The translations under genes and the position numbers were made by a program. From Terriglobia bacterium (lineage in GTDB: Bacteria > Acidobacteriota > Polarisedimenticolia > Polarisedimenticolales > JAIQFR01), in assembly GCA_963748015.1 (NCBI GenBank), contig CAVVHE010000004.1:1920001-1984000 (forward strand): a stretch of DNA of 64,000 nucleotides, written 5' to 3'. Positions 10,296 to 19,838 of this stretch are shown piece after piece. Position 1 is the stretch's first letter. The number at the start of each line of letters is the position of its first letter. Below the pieces are notes generated by a model. It did not search any database. It was not told the DNA's origin and worked only from the letters and a program-made list of their open reading frames with translations.

Positions 10296-10342
10296 ATGAC
10301 GGTCGGTGGCGCTCTCGAGTCCGGGGGGGTTGGTTGAAGGTC

Positions 10343-10552
10343 GGCGGCTCGTTGGATTCCGGGTGCGTCCCGCCTCCCAGAAAAGGTCGGCTACGGACGC
10401 ACCCGGAATCCAACGAGCCGCCTCGCGCCTTGGCTCCGCCGCTGGATTCGAAGCCCAAACGACCCCTCCAGGTCCACGCGCGGGCCGCCGGAGGTCGAGC
10501 ATGTCCGTAGCCGACCTTTTCTGGGAGGCGGGACATGCTCGACCTCCGGCGG
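10343..10552. repeat. Double-hairpin REP-like element (two inverted copies of a GTAG-core motif)
   Basis: 28-bp perfect stem 10343-10370/10395-10422 and 22-bp perfect stem 10485-10506/10531-10552; the two 24-nt loops are exact reverse complements. Confidence 0.85.
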
Positions 10553-10630
10553 TCCGCGCTGCAGCGAGGGCGGTGGTGGCTCGGAGACGAAATAGGATAT
10601 ATTGAGTCCTCTTTCGAGGGAGACACCGGG

Positions 10631-11515
10631 ATGTCGGAGTTCGTGCAGAGTCCAGCGGTGCCGGCGGCGTTCCTGAGGGACGTCGTCGAGCTCGGCAAGC
10701 CGAGGATCACCAGCCTGGTGTCGTTCACCGCGGCGATCGGGTGGTTCATGGCGCAGGGAGCGGCCGAGCCGGGGCGCGCGGCGGCGTTCCTGGCCGGGAC
10801 GGTGCTCCTCGTGGCCTCGGCGAACACGCTCAACTGCTGGATGGAGCGGGACAGCGACGCGCGGATGGTGCGGACGAGGGACCGGGCGCTGCCCGCGGGG
10901 AGGCTCGAGCCGGGCGCGGCCCTCGCGGCCGGGATCGCGGAAGCCGCGGTGGCGGTGACGTTGCTGGCGCTCGCGTCGAACGCCCTCACCGTCCTCCTCG
11001 GCGCGCTGGCGCACGCGACCTACGTCCTCGCCTACACGCCGCTCAAGCGCGTGAGCCCGGTCTCGCTCCTGGTCGGCGCGGTCCCCGGCGCGATCCCACC
11101 CCTGATGGGGTGGGTGGCGGCGACGGGCTCGGCCTCGGCGCCGGGGTGGGAGTTGTTCGCGATCCTGTTCTTCTGGCAGATCCCGCACTTCATCGCGGTG
11201 GCGCTCTACCTCGAGGAGGACTACCGGCGCGGCGGTCTCAGAGTGCTGTCGGTCGCCCACGGAGGCGCCGCGGCGAAAAGGCACCTGCTGGCCGGAACCG
11301 CGGCGCTCGTCGCCGCCAGTCTCGTCGCCGTCCCGCTGGGGATGGCCGGGGTGGCCTACCTCCTGGCGGCGTGCGCGCTCGGCGCGGCGTTTCTATGGCT
11401 GGCGTGGGTCGGCGTGAGCCGGGCCGCGGGCGGCGCGTGGGCGCGCCGGACCTTCCTCTATTCGCTCGTGTACCTGACCGTCCTCGTCACCTTCCTCGTC
11501 CTCGACGCGCGGTAG
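10631..11515 (+). CDS. cyoE: Protoheme IX farnesyltransferase (heme O synthase)
   Basis: ELGKPRI, NCWMERDSDARMVRTRDRALPAG, YTPLKR, GAVPGAIPPLMGW, FFWQIPHF, EDYRRGG. Confidence 0.95.
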   Translation: MSEFVQSPAVPAAFLRDVVELGKPRITSLVSFTAAIGWFMAQGAAEPGRAAAFLAGTVLLVASANTLNCWMERDSDARMVRTRDRALPAGRLEPGAALAAGIAEAAVAVTLLALASNALTVLLGALAHATYVLAYTPLKRVSPVSLLVGAVPGAIPPLMGWVAATGSASAPGWELFAILFFWQIPHFIAVALYLEEDYRRGGLRVLSVAHGGAAAKRHLLAGTAALVAASLVAVPLGMAGVAYLLAACALGAAFLWLAWVGVSRAAGGAWARRTFLYSLVYLTVLVTFLVLDAR

Positions 11516-11519
11516 AGCG

Positions 11520-12572
11520 GTGGAAGCTCCTCGGGCTTCCGACGCGGTCCTGGCCGGGGACGCGCAGGGCATGGGCGGCGGACCTTCGGCCGCTCCCTTC
11601 CTGTCCATCGAACAGCTCGTGGTCCGCCGCGGCGACAGGACCGTGCTCGACGGCGTCTCGTTCGACGTCGGCCGCGGCGAGATCTTCGGCCTACTCGGAC
11701 CGAACGGCGCGGGAAAGACGTCGTTGTTCCAAGTCCTCACGGGGATCCTCTCGCCGTCCTCGGGGCGCCTGCTCCTCGAGCGGAGAGCCCTCGATCCGGG
11801 AGCGCGGGCCTTCCGGGCGCTCGCCGGCGTCGTGTTCCAGGAGCCGGCACTCGACCCGCGCCTCACGGCGAAGGAGAACCTTCTCCTGGCCTCCCGCCTC
11901 TACGGCGTTCCGCGGGCGGCGGCCCGGGAGCGCATCGCGGGCCTTCTCGCGGATTCGGGCCTCGCGGACCGGGCGGACGAGCCGGTCAGCCGCCTGTCGG
12001 GCGGGATGCGGCGCAAGGTCGAGATCGCGCGCGCCCTCGTCCACGATCCCGCGGTCCTGATCCTCGACGAGCCGACGACCGGACTCGACGAGGCCGCCTT
12101 CCGCTCGACGTGGGAGCGCCTCCTCGCGCTCAAGCAACAGCGAGGCCTGACGATGCTCCTCACCACGCACCGGCCGGAGGAAGCGGAGCGCTGCGACCGC
12201 CTCGCCGTGCTCGACGGAGGACGGGTCGTGGCCTGCGACACGCCGGACCGGCTCCGCGAGCGGGTCCGCGGCGACCTCCTCGTGATCGAGGCCGAAAGCC
12301 CGGCCGAGATCGCCCGCACGATCGAGGAGAAGTTCGGCATCGCCGCGCGGGTCCTCGAGGGGAAGGTCGTCCTGGAGAGGGAGCGCGTGCACGAGCTGAT
12401 CCCCCGGCTCGTGGAAGCGTTCCCGGGCGGATCCCTCCGCTCGGTGAGCATGAGGAAGACCGGCCTCGGCGAGGTGTTCCTCGAGCTGACCGGTCACGAC
12501 CTGTCGGGCGCTACCGTCCCGGACGGGCCGGACGACACCAAGCCGGCGAAGCGCGGGCGGAGATCGCGATGA
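11520..12572 (+). CDS. ABC transporter ATP-binding protein (DrrA-like)
   Basis: GPNGAGKT, LSGGMRR, ILDEPTTGLD; start may be ATG 11571. Confidence 0.93.
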   Translation: MEAPRASDAVLAGDAQGMGGGPSAAPFLSIEQLVVRRGDRTVLDGVSFDVGRGEIFGLLGPNGAGKTSLFQVLTGILSPSSGRLLLERRALDPGARAFRALAGVVFQEPALDPRLTAKENLLLASRLYGVPRAAARERIAGLLADSGLADRADEPVSRLSGGMRRKVEIARALVHDPAVLILDEPTTGLDEAAFRSTWERLLALKQQRGLTMLLTTHRPEEAERCDRLAVLDGGRVVACDTPDRLRERVRGDLLVIEAESPAEIARTIEEKFGIAARVLEGKVVLERERVHELIPRLVEAFPGGSLRSVSMRKTGLGEVFLELTGHDLSGATVPDGPDDTKPAKRGRRSR

Positions 12573-13363
12573 GCGCCCTCGCGAGCGATCTCGACACCAT
12601 TGCCGTGCTGTGGCGGCGCGACCTCGTTGTTTTCGTCCGGCAGCGTAGCCGGCTGGTGGGCGCCCTCGCGCAGCCGCTCCTCTTCTGGCTCGCGATCGGC
12701 GCGGGAATGGCCCCGTCGTTCCGGCTCGCCGGCGGCGAGCAGGGGTACATGGGGTACTTCTTCCCGGGAATCGTGCTGATGCTGGTGCTGTTCTCGGCGA
12801 TCTCCTCCACGATGTCGGTGATCGACGACCGGCACCACGGATTCCTGCAGGGGGTGCTCGCGGGCCCCGGCTCCCGCGCCGCCGTCATCCTCGGCAAGGC
12901 GCTCGGCTCCACGACGATCGCGCTCGTCCAGGCGGTGCTCCTCCTCGCGTTCGCGCCGTTCGCGGGGCTCCCGCTCGCCGGCGTGGCGTGGGGGGCGCTG
13001 GCCGCGGTGCTGACGCTGACCTCTCTCGGGCTCTCGGGGATCGGCCTCGCCATCGCCTGGAGGCTCGACTCGACGTCCGCCTACCACGTCGTGATGAGCG
13101 TGGTGCTGATCCCGCTCTGGATGCTGTCCGGCGCCGTCTTTCCCGCGGCGGGACTCCACCCCGTGCTCGGGACGATCGTGCGGCTCAACCCGATGAGCTA
13201 CGCGGTGGCCGCGACGAGGCGCGCGCTGCACGGCGGGACGCTCCCCGTGGGCGCGGGGCTGCCGGGATCGAGCGCGCTCGTCGAGATGGCTATCGTGGCG
13301 GGACTGGCCGTCGCGGCGATCGGCGCGGCGGCCTGGGTGGCCGGAAGACGCACTCAGGCCTGA
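12569..13363 (+). CDS. ABC-2 type permease
   Basis: ATGA overlap with the ATPase gene; YFFPGI, LSGAVFP, LNPMSYAV; about six TM helices. Confidence 0.92.
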   Translation: MSALASDLDTIAVLWRRDLVVFVRQRSRLVGALAQPLLFWLAIGAGMAPSFRLAGGEQGYMGYFFPGIVLMLVLFSAISSTMSVIDDRHHGFLQGVLAGPGSRAAVILGKALGSTTIALVQAVLLLAFAPFAGLPLAGVAWGALAAVLTLTSLGLSGIGLAIAWRLDSTSAYHVVMSVVLIPLWMLSGAVFPAAGLHPVLGTIVRLNPMSYAVAATRRALHGGTLPVGAGLPGSSALVEMAIVAGLAVAAIGAAAWVAGRRTQA

Positions 13364-14196
13364 GCGGCGCCGCGCGTGACCCGCGCGCGCCGGCAGGCGC
13401 CGTCCTGCTCTTCGGCGAGCAGGCGGCGAAGCGATACGAGGGCGCGCGTCTCGAGCTGCCGGACGCGCTCGCGGCTCAATCCGAATCTCCGGGACACGTC
13501 GGCGAGGGTCCTCGGCGGCCGTCCGTCGAGTCCGAACCGCAGCTCGACGATCTGGCTCTCGCGCACGGGAAGCCGGGAGAGGATCCGCCCCAGGAGCGAG
13601 AGGCGCTCCTCCCGCAGCAACTCCTCGTCGGGCGATCCCATGGTCTGCTGGGGCAGGGTATCTTCCACGCTGAGGCTCGAGTCGGGGCTCAAGTGCGTTC
13701 CGAAGGGGACCTCCCTCGTCGAGAGTCCGAGCAGGAGATCCACGTCGCTCGTCCGCATCCCCGCGCTCTTGGCGATCTCCTCGCTCGTCGCCGGCCGGCC
13801 GAGCAAGGCGGCGGCTTCCCTCTCCGCGGCGCGTACCAGCGAGAGGTGGCGGAGGCGGTAGCGCGGAAGCCGGACGAGCGCCGCCTGGCGCGACACCGCC
13901 TCGACGATCCGCTTGCGGATCCACCACGTGGCGTAGGAGACGAACTTCACGCCGCGCGCCGGGTCGAAGCGGGCCGCCGCCTCCAGCAGCCCGACGATCC
14001 CCTCGGCGAGAAGGTCCTCGAGCGGCACGCCGAAATGCCGGTATTCGCGGGCGACCCAGAAGATCGAGCCGCGATGCGCATCGATCCAGTCGGCGCTCGA
14101 GGGGCCGCGGGCATCGCCGGGCGCGCCGCTCCCGCGCGTCCCCATCGTCCCGGTCCGACGGGGGCCAGGCGCCGCCCCCTCCGAGATCGTGCCCAT
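13354..14196 (-). CDS. Alternative sigma-70 family factor (regions 2, 3, 4)
   Basis: EDLLAEGIVGLLEAAARFDPARGVKFVSYATWWIR, VRLP, LRFGLDG..RTLADV..FGLSRERVRQLETRAL; ATG 14196 with G/A-rich RBS. Confidence 0.9.
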   Translation of the reverse strand: MGTISEGAAPGPRRTGTMGTRGSGAPGDARGPSSADWIDAHRGSIFWVAREYRHFGVPLEDLLAEGIVGLLEAAARFDPARGVKFVSYATWWIRKRIVEAVSRQAALVRLPRYRLRHLSLVRAAEREAAALLGRPATSEEIAKSAGMRTSDVDLLLGLSTREVPFGTHLSPDSSLSVEDTLPQQTMGSPDEELLREERLSLLGRILSRLPVRESQIVELRFGLDGRPPRTLADVSRRFGLSRERVRQLETRALVSLRRLLAEEQDGACRRARVTRGAAQA

Positions 14197-14449
14197 CCCC
14201 TCTCCCCCTCGACGCGCGGAGCCGGAACCGCTCGGCCCGCGCTGTCCGGACTCTAGGGGAAAGGTGCTGCGCCAGGAAAGCGGAAAACACCGTCGAACCC
14301 GGTTGCTGCGGACACCCGGACCGCACTCGCCGCGGAGCGCCGCGGGGATGCCTTGCCCGGGGCGCAGGACGGGCGTTTTCCTCCGGTGGGCTGGACACTC
14401 TTCGCGGGCCGGGATAGTCTCTTCGGCCCTCGTCGACAAGGAGCCGTTC

Positions 14450-14992
14450 ATGCGTGAAAAGGTCCGAAAACTCTGGCCCGAGATCGACTGGATCGCCGAC
14501 GCCGCGCTCCGCGAAAAGGTCCTCGCCACGTGGGTCAAGGCCTTCGAGCTGAGCCCCCTGACGCCGGAGGACCTCCACGAGATTCCCTTCACGCTGCTGG
14601 TGCCGAACTGCACGGTCACGTTCATGGAGCACAAGCGCTGCGTCGTCCACATCGCCCGGCGCGCCGCGGAGTCCATGAAGGAGTACCTCGGGAAGGCGCT
14701 TCCCATCGACATGGACACCGTGATCGCCGGCGCGATACTCGCCGACGTCGGCAAGCTCCTCGAGTACGAGAAGGTGGACGGCAAGTCGCGGCAGAGCGAG
14801 CGCGGGGAGAATCTCCGGCACCCGTTCACCGGCGTCGCCGTCGCGATGATGTGCGGCGTCCCCGACCGGGTCTGCCACATCATCGCCGCCCACGCCGGCG
14901 AGGGGGACATGGTCAAGCGCAGCACCGAGGCCTACATCGTGCACCACGCCGACTTCATGAGCTTCCTCCCCTTCAAGAACCTCAAGAAGTGA
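14450..14992 (+). CDS. HD-superfamily protein with variant AD motif
   Basis: MEH...ILADVGK...RHPFTG...IIAAH...VHHAD; AAGGAG RBS; first gene of the prpD-like operon. Confidence 0.85.
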   Translation: MREKVRKLWPEIDWIADAALREKVLATWVKAFELSPLTPEDLHEIPFTLLVPNCTVTFMEHKRCVVHIARRAAESMKEYLGKALPIDMDTVIAGAILADVGKLLEYEKVDGKSRQSERGENLRHPFTGVAVAMMCGVPDRVCHIIAAHAGEGDMVKRSTEAYIVHHADFMSFLPFKNLKK

Positions 14993-15000
14993 GGGAACCG

Positions 15001-16398
15001 ATGAGCGCGACACCCCAGGCGAAGAACGAGACGATCACCGCGAAGATGGCCCGCTGGGCCGCGGACCTCCGCTTCGAGCACCTGTCGGCCGACGCCGTCC
15101 ACCAGGCCAAGCGGTACCTCCTCGATTCGATCGGCTGCGCCCTCGGCGGCTACCTCCAGCACGACGTCCGGATCTCCCTCGAGGTGCTCGGCGAGCACGC
15201 GGGCAGGGGGCCGTCGACGGTCATCGGCACCGGTACCAAGATGGACCCGGTCACGGCGTCGCTTCTCAACGCCCTGATGGTCCGGGTCATGGACTACAAC
15301 GACATCTACTGGAAGCAGGACCCGTCCCACCCCTCGGACATCATCCCGGCGGCGCTCGCCACGGGCGAGCGGACGGGGCGCGACGGACGCGAGCTGATCG
15401 TCGGGATCGTGCTGGGATACGAGTTCGAGCAGCGGCTTTGCGAGGCGGCCTTCCCCGGGATCAGGGAGCGCGGCTGGCACCACGCGACGCTCACCGCGTT
15501 CGCCTCCCCCGCCGTCGCGGGCCGGATGCTCGGCCTCGACGCGGGCAAGATCCAGCACGCGATCGGCATCTCCGGCTGCCGCCACTTCACGCTGGGCGCC
15601 GCGGTGGCCGGGAAGCTGACCATGATGAAGAACACGGTGGACCCGATGGCGACGCAGAGCGGGGTGCTCGGCGCCCTCCTCGCGGAAAAGGGGTACACCG
15701 GCCCCGAGCACGTCGTCGACGGCAAGGAAGGGATGGTCCACTGCCTCGGGCCGCAGTGGAAGCTCGAGATCCTGGTGGACGGGCTCGGGGACTCGTGGCG
15801 CATCACCCAGTGCGGCATGAAGGCGTTCCCGACCGAGGCCCTCACGCACACCCCGATCTCCGCGGTCCTCGACCTCGTCCGCGACAACGACCTCGCGCCC
15901 GAGCGCGTGGCGAAAGTCCATATCCGGTCGCTCGCCCGCGCGGCGGACATCCTGTCCGACCCGTCGAAGTACGACCCGCGCACCAAGGAGACCGCGGACC
16001 ACTGCCTTCCGTACGTGATCGCGGCCGCGATCGTCGAGCGGCAGGTGACGCCGGCGCAGTTCGCCGACGCGAAGATCATGGACCCCCTGATCCGCGCGCA
16101 GCTCCCGAAGGTCGAGGTCGTGGCCGACCCGGAGATCGAGAAGGTCTTCCCGGCGCTCCAGCGGGTGATCGTCAAGATCACGACGACCGACGGGAAGGAG
16201 TTCACGAAGCAGGTGGACTACCCGAAGGGGGACCCGCGCAACCCGCTCACCGACCGCGAGGTCGAGGAGAAGTTCGAGGCGCTCGCCGGGCCGGTGCTGA
16301 GCGCGGGGAGGCAGGCCAAGGTCAAGGAGACGGTCTGGAATCTCGACCGGCTCGGCTCGATCACGACCCTGATGGACCTCCTGAAGGCGGACCGGTAG
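15001..16398 (+). CDS. MmgE/PrpD family dehydratase
   Basis: LLDSIGCALGG, RVMDYND, HPSD, GWHH, ETADHCLPY, YPKGDPRNPL. Confidence 0.93.
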   Translation: MSATPQAKNETITAKMARWAADLRFEHLSADAVHQAKRYLLDSIGCALGGYLQHDVRISLEVLGEHAGRGPSTVIGTGTKMDPVTASLLNALMVRVMDYNDIYWKQDPSHPSDIIPAALATGERTGRDGRELIVGIVLGYEFEQRLCEAAFPGIRERGWHHATLTAFASPAVAGRMLGLDAGKIQHAIGISGCRHFTLGAAVAGKLTMMKNTVDPMATQSGVLGALLAEKGYTGPEHVVDGKEGMVHCLGPQWKLEILVDGLGDSWRITQCGMKAFPTEALTHTPISAVLDLVRDNDLAPERVAKVHIRSLARAADILSDPSKYDPRTKETADHCLPYVIAAAIVERQVTPAQFADAKIMDPLIRAQLPKVEVVADPEIEKVFPALQRVIVKITTTDGKEFTKQVDYPKGDPRNPLTDREVEEKFEALAGPVLSAGRQAKVKETVWNLDRLGSITTLMDLLKADR

Positions 16399-16407
16399 GA
16401 GGACGCC

Positions 16408-18342
16408 GTGGCACAGACCGCGATCGAGAAGATCGTCCAGGCGCACATGGCGGAGGGGCCGAAGGACCGGCCCGTCCGGGCCGGGGACTTCGTTTCCCTG
16501 AGGCCGCGTCACGTGATGACCCACGACAACACGTCGGCGGTGATGAAGAAGTTCAGGTCGCTCGGCGTGCCCAGGGTGAAGGACCCCGGGCAGCCGATGT
16601 TCGCCCTGGACCACGACATCCAAAACACCGCCGAGGACAACCTCAAGAAGTACCGCTCCATCGAGGCGTTCGCGAAGGAGCAGGGGGTGGACTTCTACCC
16701 GGCCGGGACCGGAATCGGCCACCAGGTGATGTGCGAGCAGCTCTACGCGGTCCCGGGCTCGCTCGTGGTGGCGTCCGACTCCCACTCGAACATGTACGGG
16801 GCGCTCGGCGCCCTCGGCACCCCGGTGGTCCGCACGGACGCCGCGGCGATCTGGGCGACCGGAGAGTTCTGGTGGCAGGTCCCGCCGATGGTGGAGGTCG
16901 TCCTCGAGGGGAAGCTCGCGGAAGGCGCCACCGGCAAGGACGTGATCATCGCGCTCGCGGGGCTCTACAAGAACGACGTGCTGAACGCCGCGGTCGAGTT
17001 CTCGGGCCCGGGGGTCGCCAGCCTCTCCATGGACGCGCGGATGAGCATCGCGAACATGACGACGGAGTGGGGGGCCCTCGTCGGCTGGTTCCCGGTGGAC
17101 CGCGTGACCCTCGACTGGATAAGGGCGCGCATGACCCGCGGGGTGAAGCGGGTGACCGCGGCCGACGTCGAGGGCTGGGAGAAGAACCCGCCGCGGCCGG
17201 ACCCGGGCGCGGCTTACGCCGCGCGGATCCGCCTCGACCTCTCCACGATCGCCCCTCACGTCTCGGGGCCCGACACGGTTCAGGTGGCGACCCCGCTCTC
17301 CGAGATCGAGCCGAAGAAGATCGCGATCCACAAGGCCTACCTGCTCTCTTGCGTCAACTCCCGCCTCGAGGACCTCGCGGCGGCCGCGCGGGTCCTGTCC
17401 GGTAAGAAGGTGAGCGGGAGCGTGGAGTTCTACCTCGCCGCCGCGAGCCGCGAGGTGCAGGACGAGGCCGAGAGGCTCGGCTACTGGAAGACGCTCCTCG
17501 ACGCCGGGGCGAAGGCGCTCCCTCCGAGCTGCGGCCCCTGCATCGGCCTCGGAACCGGCCTCCTCGAGCCGGGAGAGGTGGGGATCTCCGCGACGAACCG
17601 GAACTTCAAGGGGCGCATGGGCTCCCGGGACGCGAAGTGCTACCTCGCGAGCCCCGAGGTGGTCGCGGCCTCGGCGGTCGCAGGGTACATCTGCGGCCCC
17701 TCGAAGGCCGGGGGGAAGAAGCTCGAGAGGAGCATCGAGGTCCTCGCCGCTGCCGCGGCTCCCGCCGAGAAGGTGGCGATCCTGCCCGGCTTCCCCGAAA
17801 GGCACCGGGGGCGCCTCGCGTTCGCGCCGCAGGACAACCTCAACACCGACGGGATCTACGGGAAGGACTACACCTACCGCGAGGACATGACGCGCGAGGA
17901 GATGGCGCGCGTCGTCATGGAGAATTACGACCCCGAGTTCTCCGCCATGACCCGCTCCGGCGACGTCCTCGTGGGCGGCTTCAACTTCGGCACCGGATCG
18001 AGCCGCGAGCAGGCGGTCACCGCGCTCCAGGCCAAGGGGATCGCGCTGGTGATCGCCGGGAGCTTCTCGCAGACCTACCTCCGGAACGCCTTCAACAACG
18101 GGTACGTCTGCATCGAGGCGCCGGATCTCGTCCGGCGGCTCGGGACGCTCTTCGCGGCGGAGATCTCGGCCAAGAAGAAGACGGTCCTTCCCGGCGACGA
18201 GCTGGACATCGACTTCTCCTCCGGCTCGCTCTCGTACCGCGGCGAAACCTTCCGGTTCCCGCCGCTCGGGAGCGTGCCGCAGTCGCTCGTCGTCGCCGGC
18301 GGCGTCGAGAACCTCGTCAAGAAGAAGCTGGGCCTCGCCTAG
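16408..18342 (+). CDS. lysF: Homoaconitase, single-chain fungal Lys4/LysF type
   Basis: MTHDN, LDHDIQN..E.NLKKY, YPAGTGIGHQ, ASDSHSNMYG, LGTPVVRTDAAAIWATG..WWQVPP closely resemble fungal Lys4; Fe-S cysteines SCVNSR and CGPCIG; swivel domain NTDGIY, NFGTGSSREQA. Confidence 0.88.
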   Translation: MAQTAIEKIVQAHMAEGPKDRPVRAGDFVSLRPRHVMTHDNTSAVMKKFRSLGVPRVKDPGQPMFALDHDIQNTAEDNLKKYRSIEAFAKEQGVDFYPAGTGIGHQVMCEQLYAVPGSLVVASDSHSNMYGALGALGTPVVRTDAAAIWATGEFWWQVPPMVEVVLEGKLAEGATGKDVIIALAGLYKNDVLNAAVEFSGPGVASLSMDARMSIANMTTEWGALVGWFPVDRVTLDWIRARMTRGVKRVTAADVEGWEKNPPRPDPGAAYAARIRLDLSTIAPHVSGPDTVQVATPLSEIEPKKIAIHKAYLLSCVNSRLEDLAAAARVLSGKKVSGSVEFYLAAASREVQDEAERLGYWKTLLDAGAKALPPSCGPCIGLGTGLLEPGEVGISATNRNFKGRMGSRDAKCYLASPEVVAASAVAGYICGPSKAGGKKLERSIEVLAAAAAPAEKVAILPGFPERHRGRLAFAPQDNLNTDGIYGKDYTYREDMTREEMARVVMENYDPEFSAMTRSGDVLVGGFNFGTGSSREQAVTALQAKGIALVIAGSFSQTYLRNAFNNGYVCIEAPDLVRRLGTLFAAEISAKKKTVLPGDELDIDFSSGSLSYRGETFRFPPLGSVPQSLVVAGGVENLVKKKLGLA

Positions 18343-18373
18343 CCCGAACTGTCCTAGCCCTACGGAGACGATC

Positions 18374-19558
18374 ATGGCGAAACACACGGTGGTGGCGATG
18401 CCGGGGGACGGCATCGGGAAGACGGTGCTGAAGGAGTCGATCCGCGTCCTGAAGGCGGTGGGCTTCGACGCGGAGTACGTCCACGGGGACATCGGCTGGG
18501 ACTGCTGGTGCAACGAGGGGAACGCCCTGCCCGACCGGACGATCGCCCTCCTCGAGAAACACAAGCTCGGCCTCTTCGGCGCCATCACGTCGAAGCCGAA
18601 GAAGGCGGCCGAGGCGGAGCTGAAGCCGGAGCTCCGGGGGAAGGGGTACAGCTACTTCAGCCCGATCGTGACGATGCGGCAGCGGTTCAATCTCGACGTC
18701 TGCCTCCGCCCCTGCCGGTCCTTCCCGGGCAACCCCCTGAACTTCATCCGCAAGAAGGTGGACGGCGGCTTCGAGGAGCCTCCGGTGGACGCCGTCATCT
18801 TCCGCCAGAACACCGAGGGGATGTACGCCGGTGTCGAGTGGACCAACCCGCCGGACGCCGTCCGCCAGGCCCTCGCCTCCCACTCGAAGTTCAAGGCGTT
18901 CGCCACGGTCCCCGGCCCCGAGATGGCCGTGTCCGTCCGCATCATCACGCGAAACGCGTCCGCCCGGATCGCCCGCGCCGCGTTCCGGTACGCGAAGAAG
19001 CACGGGTACCGCGGCGTGACGGTGTGCGAGAAGCCGAACGTCCTCCGCGAGACCTCCGGAATGGTGGAGGAGGTCGCGAAGGAGGTCCAGAAGGAGTTCC
19101 CCGATCTCCCGCTCTGGTCCACGAACATCGACGCCCAGATGATGTGGCTGACGAAGAACCCCGAGGACTACGGCGTCATCATCGCGAGCAACCTGTTCGG
19201 GGACATCGCCTCGGACGCGTTCGCGGGGCTCGTGGGCGGCCTCGGCTTCGCATGCTCCGGCAACATCGGCGACGACGTGGCGGTCTTCGAGCCGACGCAC
19301 GGCTCGGCCCCCAAGTACGAGAAGCTCGATCCGCCGATCGTCAACCCGATCGCGATGATCCTCTCCGCCGCGATGCTGCTCGACCACGTCGGCGAGGAGG
19401 CCAAGGCCCGCTCCGTCCGCGATGCCGTCGCCAAGGTGGTCGCGGAAGGAAAGGTCCGCACGTACGACATGCTGCGCCTGCCGGGCGGTCCCGGCGTGTT
19501 CGAGCGCGGCGCCGCCACGACGATGCAGATGACCGACGCGGTCCTTTCGAAGCTGTGA
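18374..19558 (+). CDS. Beta-decarboxylating dehydrogenase (IDH/IPMDH family), probably homoisocitrate dehydrogenase
   Basis: PGDGIG, LFGAITS, YFSPIV.MR, RQNTEGMY, NLFGDIASD, FEPTHGSAP, NPIAMILS; follows the homoaconitase. Confidence 0.85.
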   Translation: MAKHTVVAMPGDGIGKTVLKESIRVLKAVGFDAEYVHGDIGWDCWCNEGNALPDRTIALLEKHKLGLFGAITSKPKKAAEAELKPELRGKGYSYFSPIVTMRQRFNLDVCLRPCRSFPGNPLNFIRKKVDGGFEEPPVDAVIFRQNTEGMYAGVEWTNPPDAVRQALASHSKFKAFATVPGPEMAVSVRIITRNASARIARAAFRYAKKHGYRGVTVCEKPNVLRETSGMVEEVAKEVQKEFPDLPLWSTNIDAQMMWLTKNPEDYGVIIASNLFGDIASDAFAGLVGGLGFACSGNIGDDVAVFEPTHGSAPKYEKLDPPIVNPIAMILSAAMLLDHVGEEAKARSVRDAVAKVVAEGKVRTYDMLRLPGGPGVFERGAATTMQMTDAVLSKL

Positions 19559-19591
19559 GGCAGGGGAAGCGGAAAAATCGGCTTGGACGCT

Positions 19592-19744
19592 CGGTCCGGG
19601 ACGGGGGCTCGGGGAAATCCTCGCGGGGGCGCTCGGGCGGCTCTCCTGAGCCGCCCTCGCTCCGCTGTCGCGCTCCTCTCGCTTCCTGCTCCGGCGCGCG
19701 ACAGAGGCCCCGCTGCGGTTTCCCCGAGCCCCCGTCCCGGACCG
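19592..19744. mobile_element. MITE-like fold-back element with 26-bp perfect terminal inverted repeats
   Basis: cggtccgggacgggggctcggggaaa (19592-19617) and its exact reverse complement (19719-19744); internal hairpin gggcggctc-tcct-gagccgccc; no clear target duplication. Confidence 0.55.
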
Positions 19745-19838
19745 GAGGATAATCTCGATTCAGTGCTTGATACCCCGGCCCCATCCCGGCGGGCCGAGAG
19801 GTTCGTACCGGCAGCGATCGGAAACGCAGGAGGCAACG

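Noticed and set aside
8619..10502. N-terminal extension of the 897-aa PPK2 ORF
   Set aside because: Antisense to the Memo/AMMECR1 gene; the real start is ATG 8618 with an RBS
14274..14288. caggaaagcggaaaa resembles caggggaagcggaaaa at 19561, both upstream of pathway genes
   Set aside because: Only two imperfect, non-palindromic copies; could be chance
15001..19558. Standard methylcitrate cycle or leucine (leuCD/leuB) operon
   Set aside because: No prpB/prpC or leuA in the window, and the aconitase motifs match Lys4-type enzymes; not fully excluded without assays
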